Source: an uncultured bacterium (GTDB taxonomy: Bacteria; Patescibacteriota; Minisyncoccia; UBA6257; 2-01-FULL-56-20). Taken from it: a stretch of DNA of 64,000 nt. Positions 9,925 through 17,519 of the stretch are shown here, piece after piece; the first letter of the stretch is position 1; each line of letters opens with the position of its first letter. The stretch lies in assembly GCA_963747905.1 (NCBI GenBank), contig CAVVHF010000018.1:1135-65134 (forward strand). The letters are read 5' to 3'. A program made the position numbers and the translations under genes. The notes under the pieces were generated by a model. It did not search any database and had not been told where the DNA came from. It worked only from the letters and a program-made list of their open reading frames with translations.

Positions 9925-11409
9925 CTATCGCGGCGGCAGCGGGATGCCGTGAAAGGTCATCCATGCAGCCCCAAGCGAGGCCGGCAAAATAATCACGAGG
10001 AGGCAGACCGCGTAGGCCACTGCCAGCTTTACAAAACTTTCTTCCCGCGAATCCGTCTCCTTGCCTTTGACTGCCAGGCCAAGGCAGAAAAACGTCATCG
10101 CGAAGAACAGCAGGCGAAGCCCATTTGCTTCCAGCGCCACGACTTTTGCCGCGCGGAAGAATTGGGGCGAATGTAGCGAGAAAAACAACACCGTCCCGAA
10201 TGTGAGAACACACCCGAAAAGGAATTTGGGGAAGCGTACCCATATCTCGCCCACCCCGATCGTTTTGTCGGATGTTGCGTCAGATCGAAGTCGAAGTGCC
10301 CAGATGCCCGCGAGAAGTACAGCGAAGATCCCGATGAAGAGATCTATCTCCAACTTCATCGCGGTGGTGGTCATGAGAATCCACCCTGCCTGATAGCCCG
10401 CGCCCGTAACGGCAACAGCCTTTGCTTGGATCGCCGCCTCGGTTATCGTACCCGCTGCTACCGCCGCTCCGTCGGTCTTTACCGACATCGCCATGAAGCT
10501 TCCGGCGACCAGCGGCTCCTTGTACAAGAACTCACCGGCAACCATGGGAAGAACCACGACCTCGAGGACGGAGAAGCAAACCACGAGCGACGATACCATT
10601 GCAATGACCGCAGGACGGGCTTTGACCGCTGCGCCGATCGCGATCGCGGCAGCGACGCCGCAGATCGAGATCGCCGTCGCGAACACTGCGGCGTCCTCAG
10701 GACTCAAGTGAAAGACCTTGAGCATGACAACAAATACCAATATCCAATCGATCAAGTACACGACGACGACCGCAACGAATCCCCGAAACACGATGGTCCT
10801 TGCAAGATCCAGTTGCGTAGCGTTGTTCGTACCCGCGACCTGCACGGCAAGATAGGCGCCCAATAGGATGAGCCCGATCTTGATGTACAGATCCGCCTGA
10901 AAAGCCTGCAACGGCTTTTCTGTGGTCGCAGAAAAGAATCTGCGATTCCTGAAAGCGAGCCCGGCCAAAAGAAGCAAGACAAGCCCCGCCTCGCTGGTAA
11001 GCCCGAGAGACCATCCGATACCGAAGTCTTTCCGTCGATCGGCAGTGGCAGCGATGTAGCCGAAGCTGCCGATGAATAGCCCCGCCAAGCTGATCCAAAA
11101 AATCGCCGTGAACTCCGCGGCAAATCGCTTGAGGTCATATTTCAACAGCTTCGCGCCAGCCACCATGACGGCCAGCAAGAAGAGATACGTGCAGACCGCC
11201 GAGAGAAAACCCGGCATCCACACATAGCTCTTTGATATCGGAGCGAGCGACTTGGCCACATTTGTCCAAACGCTTACCCCAACTCCCCATCCAAGCGCAT
11301 CTCGGCCCGCGAGAGCGCCCACTAACGCCACGAAGAAAAGGAAAAGGCCCATTCCGAGAGCCATCCAATCCTCCTTAACGCCCGTCGCCAAACTTCTCCA
11401 TCTGTTCAT
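9925..11409 (-). CDS. YeiH/putative sulfate exporter family membrane protein
   Basis: EDW, IKIGLILLG, ISICGVAAAIA, VKTDGAA, RFPKF; own SD (AGGGAGG). Confidence 0.85.
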   Translation of the reverse strand: MNRWRSLATGVKEDWMALGMGLFLFFVALVGALAGRDALGWGVGVSVWTNVAKSLAPISKSYVWMPGFLSAVCTYLFLLAVMVAGAKLLKYDLKRFAAEFTAIFWISLAGLFIGSFGYIAATADRRKDFGIGWSLGLTSEAGLVLLLLAGLAFRNRRFFSATTEKPLQAFQADLYIKIGLILLGAYLAVQVAGTNNATQLDLARTIVFRGFVAVVVVYLIDWILVFVVMLKVFHLSPEDAAVFATAISICGVAAAIAIGAAVKARPAVIAMVSSLVVCFSVLEVVVLPMVAGEFLYKEPLVAGSFMAMSVKTDGAAVAAGTITEAAIQAKAVAVTGAGYQAGWILMTTTAMKLEIDLFIGIFAVLLAGIWALRLRSDATSDKTIGVGEIWVRFPKFLFGCVLTFGTVLFFSLHSPQFFRAAKVVALEANGLRLLFFAMTFFCLGLAVKGKETDSREESFVKLAVAYAVCLLVIILPASLGAAWMTFHGIPLPPR

Positions 11410-11470
11410 ACGTCCTCCCTTATAAAGACAAGGTTCTAAGCGGATGGTATCACCTATACTAATTGATGTA

Positions 11471-11512
11471 AATCAAAAAGCCCCTTCCAAAAAAAGAAGG
11501 GGCTTTTTGATT
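11471..11512. terminator. bidirectional intrinsic terminator after khpA
   Basis: AATCAAAAAGCCCCTTC / GAAGGGGCTTTTTGATT inverted repeat. Confidence 0.8.
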
Positions 11513-11832
11513 TAATTCTCCGTATGCTCTTCCTCCACCTGCGGCGGATGCTCCGTGCGAGGAGCGCGGGTGCTGCCTTCCGGCTCTTCGATTTTGAGGT
11601 TCACGCGGGCATTGTTCTTGACGCCGACGATCCTCAAGAGCGAACGGATGGCCTTCGCAGTCGCGCCCTGGCGACCGACGACCTGCCCCATGTCCTGCGC
11701 ATTCACGTGAAGCGAGAGCAATACTCCCATCTCGTCGACCTTACGGTCGACCTTCACATCATCCGGATGGTCCACAAGCGACTTTACCAAGTACTCGAGG
11801 AACTCCTGATCTGCTGAAGATGTATTCGTCAT
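11512..11832 (-). CDS. khpA: KH-domain RNA-binding protein
   Basis: LVDHPDDV, DMGQVVGRQG.TAKAIR; downstream of rpsP. Confidence 0.92.
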   Translation of the reverse strand: MTNTSSADQEFLEYLVKSLVDHPDDVKVDRKVDEMGVLLSLHVNAQDMGQVVGRQGATAKAIRSLLRIVGVKNNARVNLKIEEPEGSTRAPRTEHPPQVEEEHTEN

Positions 11833-11921
11833 TGATTTTCTGTATGTACTTTTCGTTCGATGATTCGAACCGTCGACCTTTCGTTATGTCGGAAGTGCTA
11901 TCAGTAAGGAATATCTGTCTG

Positions 11922-12296
11922 CTACGCGGCGGCTTCTGTCTCTGTAGTTACCTCATCAGCAGGCACTTCTGCAACGGCTACTTCTTTTGCCAGCGCGGCA
12001 ACTTTCACTTCCACCGGAGCCTTGGCAACAGCCTTCGGCATCTTGACCGCGATCTTAGCACCCGTGAGAGCGCCCTGTTTTATCAAAAGGTTATGCGCGG
12101 TGACGGTCGGCTGGGCGCCCATCTTGACCCAATGTAAAACGCGTTCCTTTTTGACGGTCGTCGCCTTGCTGCGCGGATCGTACGCGCCCAAATCCTCCAC
12201 CGGCGGAGCCGCCATCTTTGAACGTTTTTCTGCAACCACTATCCGATAGCTCGGCTGGTGCTTCTTTCCGATGCGTTGTAATTTAATGACCAACAT
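11922..12296 (-). CDS. rpsP: 30S ribosomal protein S16
   Basis: MLVIKLQRIGKKHQPSYRIVV, GAQPT. Confidence 0.96.
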   Translation of the reverse strand: MLVIKLQRIGKKHQPSYRIVVAEKRSKMAAPPVEDLGAYDPRSKATTVKKERVLHWVKMGAQPTVTAHNLLIKQGALTGAKIAVKMPKAVAKAPVEVKVAALAKEVAVAEVPADEVTTETEAAA

Positions 12297-12303
12297 GCAG
12301 TCC

Positions 12304-12331
12304 ATTATACTACGATGACGCCGAAGGTCAA
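12304..12331 (-). promoter_or_regulatory. sigma70-type promoter of rpsP (leaderless-type spacing)
   Basis: TTGACC-N16-TATAAT, 7 nt before ATG. Confidence 0.7.
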
Positions 12332-12336
12332 GCAAA

Positions 12337-13289
12337 TGTACAGTTAACACCAGGAGGTAACTCTTGCGGCGGCAAGGGGTGACGGTGTTCACTGGAACTA
12401 TGAACAACCAACCAACACCGTACGGCAAAGAGCTCCGTCTCCGGTGGTACCGTCTTGTCGAACGGGATCATCGGATGGTCGGAGATGTTTGCCAAACTTT
12501 CGGTATTCCCAAGAAGACATATTACAAATGGTACGCGCGGGATCACGGTTACGGATCAAACGATCACCGGAGCCGGAAGCCCGACGCCAAGACCAAGCTC
12601 GTACCGGATCTCGTCATGTGGATTGTGGAACGGAAGAAGAAAACAAATTACGGGCCACTCAAGATGAAGCTCGAGATCGGGAGAGTCTTCGGACTTACGG
12701 TTTCAACGACGATCCTCTTTCGCCTCTATCGGCGCAAAGGGCTCATTCGAAAGCCCCAGCGAAAGCTCGGCTGGCATGCGCCGCTCAAGGAACCGCTCGT
12801 GATCAGAAAGCCAGGAGAAGGGGTGCAGCTTGATGTGAAATATGTGTATGAAGGAGGCACCCGCCATTACCAGTTCTCGGTCTTCGATCCATGGACGGAG
12901 CTGTATTACTTTCATGTGTTCAAGACGAGAGAAAGCAGGAATGCGGCGGCGGCGATCGAGGAAGCTGAACGATACTTCGGCTTTCCCATTATCTCCGTTC
13001 AGACCGACAACGGGAGCGAGTTCCGCGGCGACTTCCACGCATGGTGCGAAAAGCGCGGTCTTCCGCATTTCTTCATCCCCAAGAGTTCGCCCTGGTGGGA
13101 CGGCAAGGTGGAACGGGTCCATCGCACGATTGATGACGAGTATTATCAGAATCCGTTGCGGCCGTGGCACACGAGGGAGGAATGGCTCACTTACTACAAT
13201 ACCGAACGCATCCATCTCTCGATTGGAGGCATCACGCCGCGAGAAAAGGCCGATCAATATTTATCCACCGTCACCCCTTGATGTTCACA
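12337..13289 (+). mobile_element. complete IS481-family insertion sequence (953 bp)
   Basis: TGT...ACA ends; GCAAA direct repeat at 12332-12336 and 13290-13294; inverted CAAGGGGTGACGGTG at 12373-12387 / 13266-13280. Confidence 0.88.
12400..13281 (+). CDS. IS481-family DDE transposase
   Basis: N-terminal HTH (KTYYKW); QLDVK, QTDNGSEF, GKVER, YYNTERIH. Confidence 0.92.
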   Translation: MNNQPTPYGKELRLRWYRLVERDHRMVGDVCQTFGIPKKTYYKWYARDHGYGSNDHRSRKPDAKTKLVPDLVMWIVERKKKTNYGPLKMKLEIGRVFGLTVSTTILFRLYRRKGLIRKPQRKLGWHAPLKEPLVIRKPGEGVQLDVKYVYEGGTRHYQFSVFDPWTELYYFHVFKTRESRNAAAAIEEAERYFGFPIISVQTDNGSEFRGDFHAWCEKRGLPHFFIPKSSPWWDGKVERVHRTIDDEYYQNPLRPWHTREEWLTYYNTERIHLSIGGITPREKADQYLSTVTP

Positions 13290-13291
13290 GC

Positions 13292-13370
13292 AAACAAAAA
13301 ATAGCCCCTCTCTTTTTTGACCGTTATGTCTGCGCACTAGGTCAAAAAAGAGAGGGGCTGTTTTTTGTTT
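13292..13370. terminator. long (31-bp arm) hairpin, bidirectional terminator-like
   Basis: AAACAAAAAATAGCCCCTCTCTTTTTTGACC / GGTCAAAAAAGAGAGGGGCTGTTTTTTGTTT. Confidence 0.75.
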
Positions 13371-14052
13371 AATGCGTCTCCGTCCTATCTTTCAACTTGT
13401 TCAATAAGTGCGCTGCATAGTCCTTGCCGCCAAGACCGAAGGCCAAGCCGCCGGCGAGCGCGAACATCGCAATGAATCCAGTCACGATCGTCTGGATGAT
13501 CGTCGCCGCAATATTCAGCTGCGTGAGCGCGGTCAACAATCCGAACACGGCAATCGTCCAATACGTGACCGTGCCGAGGAACGGTCCCGAGTGCAGCTTC
13601 GCACTCATCACCGAGGCCGTCACGAGCCTGCGCAGGAAATGCGCGAGCACGAGCGCCGCGAGCATGATGAGCACCGCTGCGATCACGTTCGGCAGATAAT
13701 TCAGGATCGCCGTCAGAAATTCCGACAACGCATACAACTGCAAACTATCCGCGATTGCCACGAAGAACGCAACGATGATGAACCAATATACGAGCTTGCC
13801 GAAAAAGTATGCCGCGCGCAACTTGAGCCCGGCGCGCTCGAAGATCGGCTTCAACCCGATCTTCTCAAGGAATACATCAAGACGGATCCCTTCGAGGATC
13901 TTCTCCACAAGTGCGCCTAACCCCGCCGCCACAATCAAGCCGATGATCAGCACCACGAGTGCACCGACGATATTCGGCAAGTAATTGATAACTCCCCACC
14001 AAAGGTTTTGGAGTGAACCTACCACCACATCCGTCCAACTTTGTACAACCAT
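13369..14052 (-). CDS. CmpX-like TM-helix repeat protein (MscS-related)
   Basis: Repeated YLPNI/YLPNV helices, ALAGGLAFGLGGKD. Confidence 0.85.
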   Translation of the reverse strand: MVVQSWTDVVVGSLQNLWWGVINYLPNIVGALVVLIIGLIVAAGLGALVEKILEGIRLDVFLEKIGLKPIFERAGLKLRAAYFFGKLVYWFIIVAFFVAIADSLQLYALSEFLTAILNYLPNVIAAVLIMLAALVLAHFLRRLVTASVMSAKLHSGPFLGTVTYWTIAVFGLLTALTQLNIAATIIQTIVTGFIAMFALAGGLAFGLGGKDYAAHLLNKLKDRTETH

Positions 14053-14196
14053 AATAATTGATTAAATAACGATTAATATATAAGCTTTTTTTGCTTCTCC
14101 TTCTCTCGACCTTTTAGCTATTACTTTTATTATAGCAAAGTGGGGTGAGCACAACTTGAAATTCCACGCCGTTTCTCTATAATCAGTGAGCAAAGA

Positions 14197-14267
14197 GGGC
14201 CCATAGTAAAGTGGTATTACGCGGCATTCGCATTGCTGAGGCGGGAGTCCGATTCTCCCTGGGTCCA
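14197..14267 (+). tRNA. tRNA-Ala(CGC)
   Basis: Cloverleaf; G3:U70 pair, A73; anticodon arm CGGCA-TTCGCAT-TGCTG; no encoded CCA. Confidence 0.9.
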
Positions 14268-14478
14268 CACCATCATTTTTTGCGTTTCGGCGCATTTCAA
14301 CACGGCCCATGGAAAATGGGTTTATGTACCGTCATTGTCCATAATACTGCTGGCATAATGCTTCGCTAGATGGCACCAATTGCTGCTTTAGGCAACATTT
14401 TGAGTGTTACCCGTACTTTGCCGGGATAGTGCCTCCGACCTTTGACTTCCTTTTATAGCAGAGTAGGATTCAAGACAA

Positions 14479-14988
14479 ATGAACGCAATTGCAATAAACG
14501 GGTCACTGACATTACTTGGTTGGCTCAATCTAAATCAGGACCTAGCACAATGGATGACCGTCGTGATTTTGATAATCACTGCTTATCTTGCATATCGGAT
14601 TGGAATAAAACAAAATTCAATAAACGAGTTGATTGAGAAAATTGAGGATTCAGCAGAAGTCTTTGCGTACGCAGCAAAGGGCAATAATCCCAATTTAACT
14701 ATCTGGGTTCTATTGGTAACAAACGTCGGGAAGGTGCAAATGTATATGAAGCGGTATACTGTCGAAACTCTTACCCCGATGGACGTCAACAACGCCCTGA
14801 TTCCTGCTGGACAACAGCAAAACGCATGGTATCAAATAGTATTACCGCCAATGGCTGTTAATACTATTTGTAATATTTCCCTCGAATTAGAAGATCACGT
14901 TGGGAGAATGTGGGAATCAAGCATTGATGCCACATTTTTTGGTAGTGGATGGACGACAAACGTTCATAAAATTGAGCAGGTTATATAA
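14479..14988 (+). CDS. hypothetical protein, N-terminal TM plus beta-rich domain
   Basis: 169-aa ORF, AT-rich, directly after tRNA-Ala. Confidence 0.65.
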   Translation: MNAIAINGSLTLLGWLNLNQDLAQWMTVVILIITAYLAYRIGIKQNSINELIEKIEDSAEVFAYAAKGNNPNLTIWVLLVTNVGKVQMYMKRYTVETLTPMDVNNALIPAGQQQNAWYQIVLPPMAVNTICNISLELEDHVGRMWESSIDATFFGSGWTTNVHKIEQVI

Positions 14989-14993
14989 GTTAA

Positions 14994-15713
14994 CTCGTCG
15001 CCGAAGGAGAACAGAATCAAGTTGAGAGTTTTTTCCTCAGCCTCGGAGTCGTTTTCAACGATCTAAAAGGCTTGATTCTTTTTGATACGATGCTAACGGA
15101 TGACTATGACCCATTGAAGCTCGGCGAGGTAACCGACCACTCTGGCAATTTTGCTGGCGTCCGGGTACAAATTCAAAAACTAATCGCAAGCACCGTAAAC
15201 GAATTCTTTCGACTACTCGACAGCCAATATGGCATCCTTGCCAATCCCGAATTTAACGAGTTATTGGTTCGTCTGGCAAAATCGGATAAGGAACTTTGGG
15301 AGGAACTTTTTGCTGCGACACATGGGGAACATCCAAGCGCAAATGCACTCTTGAAAACACTTTTGTATATCCGCAACAACGTTGCTTTTCACTATGACCA
15401 ATCAGGGAAGGCTCTGACAAAAGCCTACGTCAGCAAATTCTTCGGCAAAGCAGACGATGCAACCAGAGACTCCGCCTATTACTCAATAGGTAACGACATG
15501 GGAGAAACCAGATTCTATTTTTCTGATGCTGCGGTTGAGGAAGCTCTCTATTTGGGAGCAGAGAAAACTTTCAAGGAAAAAAGCGTTGGAGACCCTTCTT
15601 TCGAGAAATATCAAGCGGAAGTAAGAGAAACTGTCGGGAAGATGAACGGTGCTATTACATCGCTTATGAAAAAATATATACAGTCACGTCGGAGTCGTCG
15701 CTCGTCTGCTTAG
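14994..15713 (+). CDS. HEPN-like protein (R-x5-H), possibly 5'-truncated
   Basis: Helical protein with YIRNNVAFHYD; frame open from 14994 but first start codon is TTG 15072. Confidence 0.55.
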   Translation, partial: LVAEGEQNQVESFFLSLGVVFNDLKGLILFDTMLTDDYDPLKLGEVTDHSGNFAGVRVQIQKLIASTVNEFFRLLDSQYGILANPEFNELLVRLAKSDKELWEELFAATHGEHPSANALLKTLLYIRNNVAFHYDQSGKALTKAYVSKFFGKADDATRDSAYYSIGNDMGETRFYFSDAAVEEALYLGAEKTFKEKSVGDPSFEKYQAEVRETVGKMNGAITSLMKKYIQSRRSRRSSA

Positions 15714-16045
15714 TCTCCAATCAAACAAAAATCGAGTTGCTCTCTAGGAATACCGATGGAGAGGCCATATTTGATTGCCGGTTGCCACGACGCTTTATCG
15801 TCGTAGTTGAATCGGAATTGTTTGTCCTTAAAAAGTGCCACTACGTCTCGATCTCTCCAGAAGTGGGCATACCATCGGTTGTCCTTTATTTCTTTGGTAA
15901 TCTTCCTAAAATCCCCTTCATCCACCATGACGGTATGGAGATGCCATGGATCGTCGTCATCAGTCACTTCGGTTTTTAGCACCTGGAACGATTTCAGGAT
16001 TTCCGGATGGATGAGACTTTCCTCGACGATATTTCCCTTATACAT
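15710..16045 (-). CDS. hypothetical soluble protein (in frame with upstream membrane ORF)
   Basis: MYKGNIVEESL..PWHLH..WYAHFW..YGLSIGIPREQLDF reads as a self-contained domain. Confidence 0.65.
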   Translation of the reverse strand: MYKGNIVEESLIHPEILKSFQVLKTEVTDDDDPWHLHTVMVDEGDFRKITKEIKDNRWYAHFWRDRDVVALFKDKQFRFNYDDKASWQPAIKYGLSIGIPREQLDFCLIGD

Positions 16046-16455
16046 TTTTTCTTTTGCGAAGAACAGGATGATGATCTCGATAAGTGTTGGGCATCCTAAG
16101 ACAAAGAGTGTAGCTATCGTCCAAGTATATGCGAGTATTAGCTGAACCAAATCCGGAAGATATGTTAGTGTCGCGAGAACGACACCGAGGATGGGAATGA
16201 CGAACACGCCGAGGCAGACCAACAACCATTCCCCTATCATTGTAAGAGATCGATCATTAAGCTTATTTTTTCTAAGCTGGTAGAGAATGTAAACGAACAA
16301 ATAGAGCCCGACAAGCACACTAAGTTGCACCGAGAGCATGAGGGACTGCGCGTTAGTATGATTTGTGTGATGACGCCGAGGTTATAGAAAAGCACGGGGA
16401 AAAATAGCGAGATCGTGATTAGCAGCTGGAACCGACTCTCAATATCCTCCTTCAT
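16046..16455 (-). pseudogene. frameshifted membrane-protein gene
   Basis: MKEDIESRFQLLITISLFFP.. continues as hydrophobic helices only after a frame change near 16345-16370; runs into the next ORF without a stop. Confidence 0.45.
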
Positions 16456-16641
16456 GCCCATAAGAATAGGACGTTTCGGAGATTTGTCCACCCAAATGGC
16501 TATTGCCGCCCACGACAACTCCGCCGATACCTTGTCAAACTGTCGACTTAGTTGTATGGTGCATTGGCTTACCGCTAATACTGGAAAGCCTTATCTCGTG
16601 CTAACCCCACGAATATGCACCTTCACAACAGGAGAAACACC

Positions 16642-17136
16642 ATGTCTGCTAACACCAGATCGTTCGAAACACGTCCAGCAAGGGCCTACAGCGAAACGCG
16701 GGCACGGCTCGCCATCCTCAGTGTAACGGCAGTCGAATTAATTCACAGCGGTGCCCGATCCCCAAACATGATCGAGGAACTGCTCTTTTCCCTGCAGCTC
16801 TTCAAGGAGGACCGGCTGAGCTCGGTTCATCCCATTGCACCAGTTGGCAAGGTGGAGCGGGATAGCTTACGGCGTGGATTGAAGGAGCAAATTGCCCAGG
16901 AAGGCGAGGATGTCGTCTATCAAGCATTTCTGAACGAGCTCCCACTGCGCATTCAGACAATCCTATGCGGGTTGGGGATCCGAACCTTTCATGAACTCCT
17001 TCGGAGCAACAGATTCAAAATCACTTCGGCACGAGGCTCGGGGCGTAAATGCGCCGAGATGCTTGAAGAGGTCATGGCACGATACGGCCTCAGCTTCACG
17101 TTGAACGAGGAACAGATCGCGGGGCTCTTCTCCTAA
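16642..17136 (+). CDS. protein with C-terminal RNA polymerase alpha-CTD-like domain
   Basis: ELPLRIQTILCGLGIRTFHELL...RGSGRKCAEMLEEVM; TTGTCA-N17-TATGGT promoter, AGGAGA SD, downstream hairpin. Confidence 0.65.
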   Translation: MSANTRSFETRPARAYSETRARLAILSVTAVELIHSGARSPNMIEELLFSLQLFKEDRLSSVHPIAPVGKVERDSLRRGLKEQIAQEGEDVVYQAFLNELPLRIQTILCGLGIRTFHELLRSNRFKITSARGSGRKCAEMLEEVMARYGLSFTLNEEQIAGLFS

Positions 17137-17256
17137 GCGCCGCACAACAACAGACGGCCACTCTCATGGGTGGCCGCTTTATATTTCTGTTGTCAAGAAC
17201 GACAACTCCGCCCGTCTTTTCAGGCGGGATCAAAGGCTTAGAATAAGCGCGGGGCG

Positions 17257-17433
17257 CTATTCTGACTTATTCTCTTTCTCTTTCCGGAGACTCTCCCTCG
17301 CAACCTCTCCGGCGAGGATGAGGTACTGCTTGAGATTCCGAACGGCTATTTCAAGCTCCTCTTCGCTGAAATTGGGAGAGAGTGTCCTAAGATATTCCCG
17401 AAGTTTTTCGTCCGGGTCTTTTTTGGCATCCAT
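17257..17433 (-). CDS. small helical hypothetical protein
   Basis: 58-aa ORF with amphipathic pattern (EEELEIAVRNLKQY). Confidence 0.5.
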   Translation of the reverse strand: MDAKKDPDEKLREYLRTLSPNFSEEELEIAVRNLKQYLILAGEVARESLRKEKENKSE

Positions 17434-17519
17434 TGTATTTTGTGGTCCGACAAGTCCGCCGATATATACCACCACAAATCACACTCGGTTTTGTTGAGTG
17501 AAATTTTCTGAACCCATCT

